Shown here: in pieces, positions 10,330 through 19,664 of the stretch
Layout of the letters: every line of letters starts with the position of its first letter
How positions within the stretch are numbered: position 1 is the first letter of the stretch
NCBI GenBank assembly: GCA_963710375.1
Contig: CAVPZX010000008.1
Span: forward strand, 64,001 to 128,000
Length of the DNA: 64,000 bases
Source of the DNA: Nitrospirota bacterium
Lineage (GTDB): Bacteria > Nitrospirota > Thermodesulfovibrionia > Thermodesulfovibrionales > Dissulfurispiraceae
Reading direction: 5' to 3'
The notes under the pieces: generated by a model
The model's input: the letters and a program-made list of their open reading frames with translations, nothing else
What the model was told of the DNA's origin: nothing
Database searches by the model: none
Position numbers and translations under genes: made by a program

Positions 10330-10399
10330 CGTAGCACTACGCGATCAAGCAAACAACGCGCCCATCATTGATTCGTCCGGGCGTAATGGAAAATTTTTG

Positions 10400-10411
10400 C
10401 AAGCTACCGCC
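10400..10411 (-). promoter_or_regulatory. ops-like element GGCGGTAGCTTG
   Basis: Matches GGCGGTAGnnTG on the coding strand ~70 nt upstream of wzm, downstream of a TATAAT at 10427-10432. Confidence 0.55.
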
Positions 10412-10562
10412 ATTCAGCTATAAAATATTATAGTTGTCGAGATCAAAAAGCCATTTCAGATCAGACCACAAGACAACCAAAATTACTTTATTAGTGTATA
10501 TCAAAACAAGCCGCTATTCAAAGGGAGACATCCCGGCAATCCTTCACTGAGCGGACGATTTC

Positions 10563-11402
10563 TCACATTGCCAGTTTTATTGCGTCTGCAACCCTGGCAA
10601 CCTTTGACATCTCTTTTACATCGTGGACCCGGACAATATGCGCGCCGTTGAAAATAGAGATAGCTACCGCAGCAGCGGTGCCCTCCATCCGCGCGGATGG
10701 GGGTGCGCCGCCCAGCACTTTTCCGATAAACGACTTTCGTGATACGCCGATGGCGACGGGCCTGCCGAGCAGTGTGAACTCTTTCAGGTTCTTTATTATT
10801 TCAAGGTTATGATCGAAGGTTTTCCCGAATCCTATACCAGGATCTATAATGACCCGGTCTTCGGGAATGCCGGAATCGACTGCTAGCCTGATGCTGCAAC
10901 GAAGATAGTCCATAATCTCCGGGATGAGCGCCTCGTATACCGGATGGGTCTGCATATCTTTCGGAGTCCCCTTTATATGCATTACGATGACCGGAACGCC
11001 GTATTCAGCCACGACCTGCGGCATCGCCGGGTCAAACCTAAGGCCGCTTATATCGTTCACTATGGATGCGCCTGCATCGAGAGCGCGGCGGGCGACTTCA
11101 GCTTTGCAGGTGTCAATGGAAACAGGAATATTTACTGACCTTGCAACAGCCTGGATAACAGGGATAGTCCTTCGCAGCTCTTCTTCCAGAGGCAGCGATG
11201 CGGAACCGGGCCTTGTGGACTCTCCGCCGATATCGAGTATATCAGCGCCGTTCTCAGTCAGATAATAGGCATGCCGGACTGCGCTTTCCTTATCAAAAAA
11301 AAAGCCGCCATCGGAAAAAGAATCGGGGGTAACATTAAGCACGCCCATAATATGGGTTTTACCGGTGAAATCCAGGTTGAAGCCGTTCCAGGAAAGGATC
11401 AC
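10563..11402 (-). CDS. folP: Dihydropteroate synthase
   Basis: [45 protein letters not shown]. Confidence 0.97.
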   Translation of the reverse strand: MILSWNGFNLDFTGKTHIMGVLNVTPDSFSDGGFFFDKESAVRHAYYLTENGADILDIGGESTRPGSASLPLEEELRRTIPVIQAVARSVNIPVSIDTCKAEVARRALDAGASIVNDISGLRFDPAMPQVVAEYGVPVIVMHIKGTPKDMQTHPVYEALIPEIMDYLRCSIRLAVDSGIPEDRVIIDPGIGFGKTFDHNLEIIKNLKEFTLLGRPVAIGVSRKSFIGKVLGGAPPSARMEGTAAAVAISIFNGAHIVRVHDVKEMSKVARVADAIKLAM

Positions 11403-13261
11403 GAGTTACCGGCAGCAATCTCCAGCGGAGGACTTATAGCACTCTTCACATCGGCTCTTCCTGACCTGACCTCTTCGATAATGGCATCGATGTCCTGAGC
11501 GTCAACAGTTTCACGCTCAAGGAGCGCCTGAGCAAGAGCCTCAACCAGGTTAAGATTTTCTTCCAAAATTTTCTTTGCATTCACATAGGCATTTGTAACA
11601 ATGCCGCGTATTTCTTCGTCTATATCCTCTGACGTTTTTTCACTGTAATCCTTGTGCCTGGCTATCTCGCGCCCGAGAAATATCTGCTCTTCCTTTTTGC
11701 CGAAAGTCAGGGGTCCAAGCTTCTTGCTCATGCCCCACTCGGTTACCATCTTTCTTGCCAGTTCGGTGGCACGCTCAATGTCGTTGCCCGCCCCTGTGGT
11801 CATATGATGCAATATGAGTTCCTCGGCAGCCCTGCCGCCCATCAGCACATTCAGGGCTTTCTCGAGATACTCTTTTGAATAAGTGTAGCGGTCATCGATA
11901 GGAAGCTGCTGGGTCACTCCGAGCGCTCTTCCTCTTGGAATGATGCTCACCTTGTGTATGGGGTCAGTGCCGGGCGTTAATTTGGCAACCATTGCATGTC
12001 CCGCCTCATGATAGGCTGTATTCTTTTTTTCTTCGTCGCTTATCACCATGCTCCGCCTTTCAACACCCATCAATACTTTATCTTTTGCAAACTCAAAATC
12101 AAGCATATCGACTTTCTCTTTGACTTTTCGTGCGGCAATAAGCGCTGCCTCGTTGACAAGATTGGCGAGGTCGGCACCGGAAAAACCGGGCGTGCCCCTT
12201 GCTATCTTATCAAGATTGACGTCCTCGGCAATAGGGATATTCTTTGTATGGACTTTGAGTATTTCATTCCGCCCTTTCACATCCGGGGTCGGCACCACTA
12301 TTTGCCTGTCGAATCTCCCGGGTCTCAACAGCGCGGGATCCAGGACATCAGGCCTGTTTGTCGCCGCAATAATGATAACCCCCTCGTTCCCTTCAAAACC
12401 GTCCATTTCAACGAGCAGTTGGTTCAGGGTCTGCTCCCTTTCGTCATGACCGCCCCCGAGACCAGCTCCCCTGTGTCTGCCGACGGCATCGATTTCATCA
12501 ATGAATATAATACATGGTGCATTCTTCTTCGCCTGCTCGAAAAGGTCACGTACGCGGGAGGCGCCCACGCCGACAAACATCTCAACAAAATCCGAGCCCG
12601 AAATGGAAAAGAACGGCACCGCAGCCTCGCCTGCGATTGCCTTGGCGAGAAGCGTCTTTCCGGTGCCTGGAGAGCCGACCAATAGAACGCCCTTGGGGAT
12701 CTTTCCGCCGAGTTTGGAGAATTTCTGGGGGTCTTTGAGAAACTCGATTATTTCCTCAACCTCGGCTTTGGCTTCTTCCACACCCGCCACATCGGCAAAC
12801 GTAACTTTCACCGCCTTGTCGGAAACCAGCTTTGCCTTGGCTTTTCCGAAAGACATGGCCTTATTGCCGCCCATTTGCATCTGCCTCATAAAAACTATCC
12901 AGACAAGGACCAGAAAAAGGATCGGTCCCCAGGAGAAGAAGAAGTTGACATACCACGGACTCTGATCAGGCGGCTTTGCCGCTATCTTCACATCTTTTAG
13001 CCTTAATTCTTTCACCAGATCAGGATACTCCACAGCATAAGTTTTGAACTTGCTGCCGTCCTTCAGGCGTCCTGTTATATGGTTCTCCTTGATGGTAACT
13101 TCGTCAACGTCCCCGGCCTCAACCTTGCTGATGAAATCGGAAAATATCATTTCTTTTTCGGTCTTGGGCGGAACATTGAACAGGTTGAAAAGAAGAATCA
13201 TAGCCATCCCGATGAGCAGCCAAACAAACAAACTTTTATACATGTCTTTCCCCTGCATCAT
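11399..13261 (-). CDS. ftsH: ATP-dependent zinc metalloprotease FtsH
   Basis: 2 TM + AAA ([23 protein letters not shown]) + HEAGH. Confidence 0.98.
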   Translation of the reverse strand: MMQGKDMYKSLFVWLLIGMAMILLFNLFNVPPKTEKEMIFSDFISKVEAGDVDEVTIKENHITGRLKDGSKFKTYAVEYPDLVKELRLKDVKIAAKPPDQSPWYVNFFFSWGPILFLVLVWIVFMRQMQMGGNKAMSFGKAKAKLVSDKAVKVTFADVAGVEEAKAEVEEIIEFLKDPQKFSKLGGKIPKGVLLVGSPGTGKTLLAKAIAGEAAVPFFSISGSDFVEMFVGVGASRVRDLFEQAKKNAPCIIFIDEIDAVGRHRGAGLGGGHDEREQTLNQLLVEMDGFEGNEGVIIIAATNRPDVLDPALLRPGRFDRQIVVPTPDVKGRNEILKVHTKNIPIAEDVNLDKIARGTPGFSGADLANLVNEAALIAARKVKEKVDMLDFEFAKDKVLMGVERRSMVISDEEKKNTAYHEAGHAMVAKLTPGTDPIHKVSIIPRGRALGVTQQLPIDDRYTYSKEYLEKALNVLMGGRAAEELILHHMTTGAGNDIERATELARKMVTEWGMSKKLGPLTFGKKEEQIFLGREIARHKDYSEKTSEDIDEEIRGIVTNAYVNAKKILEENLNLVEALAQALLERETVDAQDIDAIIEEVRSGRADVKSAISPPLEIAAGNS

Positions 13262-13290
13262 TTTATTCTACCATATTTTTTGCTGGTGGG

Positions 13291-14019
13291 TCAGTTTGTT
13301 GACCCGCTGCCTACTGTTTCTTTCTGTATCTTTATCAACTCAGCAATGCCTTCCTCTGCCAGTGATAGCATAGCATCCAGCATTTCCCTCGAAAAAGCTG
13401 CTGCTTCAGCGGTCCCCTGTATTTCGACTATCTTGCCGCTTCCTGTCATGACGACATTCATATCCACCTCGGCCAGAACATCCTCAGCGTAACAGAGATC
13501 GAGTCGCGGCTCGTTATCGACGATGCCGACGCTGACCGCGGCGAGATAATCCTTGATAGGGTTTTTTGATATGATTTTATTTTTTAGTGCGTATCCAATC
13601 GCATCCTTGAAGGCTACATAGGCTCCGGTTATCGAAGCTGTCCTTGTTCCTCCGTCAGCCTGTATGACATCACAGTCAATCCATACCGTCCTCTCGCCGA
13701 GAAGTTCCAGCGCAACCACCGCCCTCAACGACCTTCCTATCAAACGCTGTATTTCCTGTGTCCTGCCTCCGACACGTCCGGCAGAGGACTCTCTGGTCAT
13801 ACGCGAATGTGTAGACCGGGGTAACATGCCGTATTCGGCAGTTACCCACCCTTTTTTCTGGTCGCGGAGAAATGCAGGGACCTTTTCTTCAATCGACGCA
13901 GTGCAAATAACTTTAGTGTTGCCGACTTCTATAAGCACCGATCCCTCGGCAGCGGAAATATAATTCCTCGTGATCTTTACTTTTCTCAACTCACCTTTTG
14001 TCCTTCCGTCAGGCCGCAT
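13291..14019 (-). CDS. rph: Ribonuclease PH
   Basis: [34 protein letters not shown]. Confidence 0.97.
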   Translation of the reverse strand: MRPDGRTKGELRKVKITRNYISAAEGSVLIEVGNTKVICTASIEEKVPAFLRDQKKGWVTAEYGMLPRSTHSRMTRESSAGRVGGRTQEIQRLIGRSLRAVVALELLGERTVWIDCDVIQADGGTRTASITGAYVAFKDAIGYALKNKIISKNPIKDYLAAVSVGIVDNEPRLDLCYAEDVLAEVDMNVVMTGSGKIVEIQGTAEAAAFSREMLDAMLSLAEEGIAELIKIQKETVGSGSTN

Positions 14020-14037
14020 TACGCCTCCATCGAGCTG

Positions 14038-14838
14038 CTAAATTTGTATTTTTTCGATAGCATCAATCTTTGTTTCCAGGAAACGTTCCCCAACCGATAT
14101 GAATTTCTCGGGAGCATCGGTAACAAAAAACCTCTTAGCTCCAGCCGTCTCGTTCAGGGCCGGCATCCCCTCGTTAACCAGCAACTGCTCCACTGCAACA
14201 GCTGTTTCGACCGCGGAATCGACAAGGCGAACTGCGCCCATTACCTCTTGAATCACATTTTTCAGAAGTGGGTAATGCGTGCATCCGAGCACAAGGGTAT
14301 CCGCGCCCTTATCTCTCATATCGTTCAAGTACCGATCCGCGACCATACGTGCGATAACGCCATCAGTCCACCCTTCTTCTACCAGGGGCACAAATAGAGG
14401 ACACGCGAGGCCATAAACTTCAATATCATGTGACATCCCGTTTATGGCTTTTGAATAGGCGCTGCTTTTGATCGTTGTCTCAGTTCCTATTATACCAATC
14501 TTTTTATTTTTTGTAGCACTGACCGCAGCCCTGGCGCCAGGTTCTATAACTCCGATTACGGGAATAGGGACCCTCTTGCAAATTTCCTGCAGACTTATCG
14601 CGGAAACAGTGTTGCAGGCGACGACGAGGAGTTTTATATTCTGTTTAAGCAAGAAACCGGTGCATTCAAAAGAATAACGAGTCACCGTTTCAGGGGACCT
14701 TATGCCGTAAGGGACACGCGCAGTATCTCCAAGATAGATAATATTTTCGCGCGGCAGCCTTAAGCTCACCTCTTTAAAAACAGTGAGCCCGCCGATTCCG
14801 GAATCGAAGATGCCTATGGGTCGCTCATTATTATTCAT
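14038..14838 (-). CDS. murI: Glutamate racemase
   Basis: IFDSGIGG, VACNT, LGCTHYP. Confidence 0.97.
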   Translation of the reverse strand: MNNNERPIGIFDSGIGGLTVFKEVSLRLPRENIIYLGDTARVPYGIRSPETVTRYSFECTGFLLKQNIKLLVVACNTVSAISLQEICKRVPIPVIGVIEPGARAAVSATKNKKIGIIGTETTIKSSAYSKAINGMSHDIEVYGLACPLFVPLVEEGWTDGVIARMVADRYLNDMRDKGADTLVLGCTHYPLLKNVIQEVMGAVRLVDSAVETAVAVEQLLVNEGMPALNETAGAKRFFVTDAPEKFISVGERFLETKIDAIEKIQI

Positions 14839-14845
14839 TAATTTA

Positions 14846-14940
14846 AAAGACAGGTCAAGGTAAAGGTAGAGGTAGAGATCAAAGATAAAAAGTGATCTTT
14901 TGTCTTTTCTTAACCTTAACCTCTACCTTTACTTGCCTTT
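14846..14940. repeat. Hexamer-array palindrome, copy 1
   Basis: AAAGACAGG(TNRAGG)n ... TTTTGTCTTTTCT (TAACCT)n ..TGCCTTT, between GerMN and murI. Confidence 0.85.
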
Positions 14941-14947
14941 ACAGTGG

Positions 14948-15550
14948 TCAGCTCGTTTGAGGACTTTTGGCTGCAGGTTGCTGGAGATCTTCTCGAACAG
15001 TGTCCCCCAAAGGATATAATGCATTAAAGTGACCTCCTACGCTTTCGACCTCTTTGCCGTCTATCAGCAAGCGCACATCCTCAGTACCCGGTATATTTAC
15101 CGTAATGGTTTCATAAAGTGACTTCAAAAGTTCAAACTCCCGTCTTATATCGCCTGAGAAGTTTTTCCTGAACTCATCAGACACATCAACATATATAATA
15201 CTCCTCTTATCACGGTAAACCCCGATCAGTTTCGTGTCACTTAATCCTTCTTGTAACGCTTTCAGGTACTCCGCTAACACCGCCTCAGCCATTTTAACAG
15301 GGATAGGGTTATTCTGGATTCTCCTCTCCACAACCGTTATCCCCTGATCAGATGGCAGGAATACTTTGACAGGCACGGTGTCATCGTTTGTCACTGCCGG
15401 CACATCAGTGTTGACAGTCGCTTCTCCACCCTTTAGTTCAATCAATGGCTGTGTAAACTGCTGGGCTGCTGATTGAAAGTGCTGCGTTGCAAACCACCCC
15501 GCTACTGCAGCCACAAGGAGAAAAAACAATGCGATAGCAATATATTTCAT
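14948..15550 (-). CDS. GerMN-domain protein
   Basis: N-terminal TM; IYVDVS, VRLLIDGKEVESVGGH; amidase-GerMN-murI-rph synteny. Confidence 0.8.
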   Translation of the reverse strand: MKYIAIALFFLLVAAVAGWFATQHFQSAAQQFTQPLIELKGGEATVNTDVPAVTNDDTVPVKVFLPSDQGITVVERRIQNNPIPVKMAEAVLAEYLKALQEGLSDTKLIGVYRDKRSIIYVDVSDEFRKNFSGDIRREFELLKSLYETITVNIPGTEDVRLLIDGKEVESVGGHFNALYPLGDTVREDLQQPAAKSPQTS

Positions 15551-15565
15551 AGATGTGTTGCTTTC

Positions 15566-16723
15566 CTAGGCCTGCAACCCGCCTGCTGAGGAGTTCGCAA
15601 TGCCCAGTAAAATTACGGTAATCATGCGTCCTCTCGACTTTACATCATAACTGAACTTATCAGGATTGGGCAGTTCGATTAATACAGCAGGCACATGCAC
15701 AGAGGATAACAATAACAGCGGCATTTTTTCAATTTTCACATTTGTCTTAAGTGAGTTCCTGGCACTCTGCGCAATTGCCTGCGCAACTGCGTCGCTCCTG
15801 TCCCTGCCGGTTGATTTTTCAGAATCCACTTCATTACCGCCGGCAACCTTCACGAAAGGCTTGCTAGCAGTGTAAACAACGAGTTCGTTTTGCGACGAGA
15901 CATGAATGCTTATCAGCAGTTCAGGCGATTTTTTGTTGACAATTCTTATCCTGTCCTTGAGCGAGAGCATTTGGTCCCCCTTCCGCGTAAGGGTAACTTT
16001 TTTCCCCTTGCCGGCCAGTGCCCCTGCAAGCTCTTTTGCAATGGAGAGTGCGAGGTCTTTCTCAACGGTCTTTCCAAAGTGTACGCCACTCTCATAACCT
16101 CCATGCCCGGCATCGATCACAAAAGATTCAACTTTGATTTCAGATGCGTCAGGAGCTGCCAGGGGGACCTCTGGCGGGCTTACTTCGACGCTGCCGGACG
16201 GTCCCTGATTAATATATGCGTCTATTACCAGGCGTGAAGGCAAAGATAGTTTGGTAACATTTATATCGTCCAGATTATCAATGGTAATAATACAACTGCT
16301 GATGCCGGCGGTAATTTTAAGGCCTTTATCGATCTCGTAAGGCGCGTTTTTCGAGACATCAGTTTCCATCTTTACGAATGTTTTCGGAGCATCTCTGCCC
16401 GGGACCCTTAAAGATATCGGAGATTGAAAATCGACTTTAATGGCATTGGCGCCGCTCAGACTGACAGATGCTTTTTGCACAAAGCTTTCGGTCGTTTCAA
16501 AAACAAGCCTGAGATAGTGAGCATGCTTGCCTACACGCAGTGTTGCAGTAGACGCCTTGACTGCCCGGTTCCCGGCTGCAGCCAGGGCTTTATCAGCTGC
16601 ATACGTTTTCATGACCCCGGCAGGCCAGGTCAGTAGAAAAAGCTGCAAGGCAACAAAGAGGAGCGTAACAGTATTGGCAAACCGCTGTCCCACAGGTGAA
16701 TTTCTCCTGTAAAAAGTTAACAT
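15566..16723 (-). CDS. N-acetylmuramoyl-L-alanine amidase (Amidase_3) with AMIN-like N-terminus
   Basis: IDAGHGG, EKDLAL, LTR, ISIH, PAVLIE. Confidence 0.85.
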   Translation of the reverse strand: MLTFYRRNSPVGQRFANTVTLLFVALQLFLLTWPAGVMKTYAADKALAAAGNRAVKASTATLRVGKHAHYLRLVFETTESFVQKASVSLSGANAIKVDFQSPISLRVPGRDAPKTFVKMETDVSKNAPYEIDKGLKITAGISSCIITIDNLDDINVTKLSLPSRLVIDAYINQGPSGSVEVSPPEVPLAAPDASEIKVESFVIDAGHGGYESGVHFGKTVEKDLALSIAKELAGALAGKGKKVTLTRKGDQMLSLKDRIRIVNKKSPELLISIHVSSQNELVVYTASKPFVKVAGGNEVDSEKSTGRDRSDAVAQAIAQSARNSLKTNVKIEKMPLLLLSSVHVPAVLIELPNPDKFSYDVKSRGRMITVILLGIANSSAGGLQA

Positions 16724-16825
16724 GATATAAAAAGCATACTAAATACGGCAGATAATAGGCAATAGGTCATAGATTTTTTCATTGTGATTGAACTAAACGG
16801 AAGCATTCCCTTATACTATTTATAT

Positions 16826-17059
16826 ATGTGGACTGCAGTCATTATAGCAACATTGGCCTTCGCACTGAACCTTCCTTTCGGCTATTTCAGAAAGAGCGCC
16901 AAAAAGTTTTCACGCAAATGGCTCTTATGCGTTCACGCGCCGGTCCCCATGATAATTATCGCCAGGATCACAACTCACACGGATTACCGTTTTATACCTC
17001 TTTTTATTCTTATATCAATTGCAGGACAGATATGCGGCGGTAAGATAAACCTGCATTGA
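16826..17059 (+). CDS. Small membrane protein
   Basis: NLPFGYFR..KKFSRKWLLCVHAPVP, hydrophobic; ATG 16826 preferred over the upstream GTG. Confidence 0.6.
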   Translation: MWTAVIIATLAFALNLPFGYFRKSAKKFSRKWLLCVHAPVPMIIIARITTHTDYRFIPLFILISIAGQICGGKINLH

Positions 17060-17070
17060 AAAGAGCAGAA

Positions 17071-18036
17071 CTATTTCAAAAATCTTGAGACCTCGTGCAG
17101 AAGCATGGCCACATCAAATTTAACCATGTAACCGTCCGCCCCCACTCCCTTGGCCTTTTCCTTGTTCTCTTCACCGCTAAGCGAAGTATTGATTATTACA
17201 GGCAACATTGCCAATTTCGGGCTGTTCTTTAGATTCCTGGTAAAAGTAAGACCGTCCATCTCAGGCATTTCCACATCGGATATTACCAACTGCACAAAAT
17301 CGGTGATCGGCTGGTCACCTATTTTGGATAAAAAGTCGCCCAGTATCTCAAAGGCCTTCTTTCCGTCAACCGCCTCCAGGACATGAAGACCAACGTTTTC
17401 GAGCGTGTCTTTGAGTATTTTCCTGGCAACAGAGGAGTCATCCGCGATAAGCACGGTGCCCTTCATCTTTTTCTTCCCTATTCTCTCGATCTCTCCAAGC
17501 GCTACTTCCTGAGTATGAACAAGGCCTCCCATTTCCGAAATAACGCTCTCAAGATCGAGGATCAGCAGCAGCGAGTCTCCCTCGTCATCTATCTTCGTCA
17601 CGCCAGTCACCCTGCCGCTGTGCTTTGCCTGCAACAGCGATGGAGGCGGCTTTATCTGGTCCCAATTAATCCGGCGTATACGCTCCACCTCGTGAACGAT
17701 CATCCCCACGGTAGTGCCAAGCATTTCGAGCACAATAACCTTGAGACGTATGTCCATATTTGCCGGTGGAGTCACTTTCATCCATTTGCCAAGGTCAACA
17801 ATGGGGATAACTTCACCGCGCACTTGTGCCAGCGCCTCAGCATATACAGGCATATCCGGGACTTTTGTCAAGGTCGGCATCGGGATTATTTCTCTTACCT
17901 TTGCAACATTGACCCCGTAATCAAGAATTTCGGGAGTACCATCAGGCTGTGAATTGTACATCCTGAAGACGACAAGCTCCATCTCATTCGTTCCAACCTT
18001 TAAGACTTCCGGTAAAGCACCTGAACTCTGAGCCAT
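17071..18036 (-). CDS. cheV: Chemotaxis coupling protein CheV (CheW + receiver)
   Basis: GTNEMELVVF, YGVNVAKVREI, IADDSSVAR, SDVEMPEMDG, K. Confidence 0.92.
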   Translation of the reverse strand: MAQSSGALPEVLKVGTNEMELVVFRMYNSQPDGTPEILDYGVNVAKVREIIPMPTLTKVPDMPVYAEALAQVRGEVIPIVDLGKWMKVTPPANMDIRLKVIVLEMLGTTVGMIVHEVERIRRINWDQIKPPPSLLQAKHSGRVTGVTKIDDEGDSLLLILDLESVISEMGGLVHTQEVALGEIERIGKKKMKGTVLIADDSSVARKILKDTLENVGLHVLEAVDGKKAFEILGDFLSKIGDQPITDFVQLVISDVEMPEMDGLTFTRNLKNSPKLAMLPVIINTSLSGEENKEKAKGVGADGYMVKFDVAMLLHEVSRFLK

Positions 18037-18367
18037 AAAACCTCCGTTTGACTCCAAATTCTCCTCATGGCGTCAATATGTTACGATTAGATTATATATT
18101 TTCAACCTTAGTTTTGCAAGGAATTCCTTTCATTGTATCAACTAGAATTAGGAATGTCCTTTTTTTGTGCCAAAATAGAAAATTCCGGTTTATAGCTGCC
18201 GCATTCCGCAACTTTTTCTATGCTCACATGTCTAATACTAATTTAATAATAAAGCAATTACTATGCCAGAGGAGACAATGTTCTATCTTCTTGATTTGTT
18301 AGGATTTCTGAGGAATATCACACAGTACGGATATGGATAAATTCCAATGTCTATGGAAAACTTACAT

Positions 18368-19558
18368 TTAAGATAAATCCATACCTTCAGTTCCGCGCTC
18401 AGCCAGCGGGAGAGTGACTATTACTTTCACCCCTTCGCCCGGCATCGGTATGAGCTCGATCTTGCCGTAATTTTTTCGCGCCGCCAGCCGCGCTATAGGC
18501 AGACCGAAACCGGTACCCCCTTCTTTGAGCGAAAAGAAGGGAGAAAAAAGCTTTTCCATGTCCTCCTCACGAGGAGGCGTACCTGTATTGAAAAGTTCTA
18601 TCAGCAAGACATTACGCCCATGGGATCCGGGATAAGAACATATTTTAATACGGGCATTGTCTGGGTTGACGGCCTCAAGGCTATTCTGTAGCAGGTAATA
18701 AAAAAGATAATTAATGTCCTTTGCGCTGCCCATAACAGTCGGGAATGCCGGATCAAGTTCTATATCAATCTTTACATGAGCATACTGTTTTTCAGCCTGC
18801 AGTATTGCGAGCGCATTCCTGATGCATTCTTCGAGTACAACTGCGTCGGGTTGAGGTTCCTCATTAAGAATATCGATATACCGTATTATATCGGGCACCA
18901 TATGCTCCAGACGCATGTTCTCGACCATCAGAGATTCATAAGTATTGTAAAGGGGGTCGCTTGCAGCAACACTTCTCTGAAGTCTCTTAATATTGCCGCC
19001 GATTATTGTTACCGGATTTCTGATCGCGTCGGCTATCCCTTTGACGACCTCGAGTTCGCATCGTGTTGTGGCCTCTATATACGCGCTCGTCTCGACAAGC
19101 AGGCAAAAGTCCAGCAACTTATCAATGGTCTGCAAAATCTCTCCTGCCGCTTCAGCCGGAATATGGGCTGGAACACTGGAAAGAACGATACGATGGCAGA
19201 ACTGGCGGACAATGGAAAATCCGAGATTGGTGTAACGCTGATCGAGATTTACCTCAACATGCCTCAATCCGATCCGCCACAGACGTGCTAAAAAATCCTC
19301 ACCAGGCCTTCCTTCAAAGAGTGATTCAAACCACTGCGCCCATGCATTCAGAAGAAAACCGGGATGCTCCGACTGGCCAAGGATTATTCTCGTCTCTGCC
19401 ATTGCAGAAAAAAACTCATGCATGTAACGGGCAAACTCATGCTTCCTACCGATAAAAAAATCCCTGAACGGTGATAACTTTTGGAGCTCATTTTCATCTA
19501 TGGTAAGCTGTTTCAGAAGTGTCTGAAGTTTTTCATACGGAACAGGATTATTCAGCAC
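18368..19558 (-). CDS. Protoglobin-coupled histidine kinase-like protein with degenerate H-box
   Basis: Globin region (WFESLF...RIGLRHVEVNL); HisKA-like IADAIRNP; HATPase LLQNSLEA, FSPFFS, GTGFGL. Start GTG 19558 after AAGGAGG; the ORF-track extension runs through a repeat. Confidence 0.8.
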   Translation of the reverse strand: MLNNPVPYEKLQTLLKQLTIDENELQKLSPFRDFFIGRKHEFARYMHEFFSAMAETRIILGQSEHPGFLLNAWAQWFESLFEGRPGEDFLARLWRIGLRHVEVNLDQRYTNLGFSIVRQFCHRIVLSSVPAHIPAEAAGEILQTIDKLLDFCLLVETSAYIEATTRCELEVVKGIADAIRNPVTIIGGNIKRLQRSVAASDPLYNTYESLMVENMRLEHMVPDIIRYIDILNEEPQPDAVVLEECIRNALAILQAEKQYAHVKIDIELDPAFPTVMGSAKDINYLFYYLLQNSLEAVNPDNARIKICSYPGSHGRNVLLIELFNTGTPPREEDMEKLFSPFFSLKEGGTGFGLPIARLAARKNYGKIELIPMPGEGVKVIVTLPLAERGTEGMDLS

Positions 19559-19574
19559 AGACCTCCTTAAAGAC

Positions 19575-19663
19575 AAAGGCAGGTTAAGGCTCAGGTTAAG
19601 GTTAAGAAATGACAACAAGACTGTTAGTTTTTTTCTACTTAACCTTAACCTTAACCTGTCTTT
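19575..19663. repeat. Hexamer-array palindrome, copy 2 (opposite orientation)
   Basis: AAAGGCAGGTTAAGG..(GGTTAA) ... (TAACCT)3GTCTTT, 1 nt from the secA stop. Confidence 0.85.
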
Positions 19664-19664
19664 A

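Noticed and set aside
16752..16775. Short AATAGGC AATAGGT CATAGAT heptamer run
   Set aside because: Only 2-3 degenerate units and no inverted partner.
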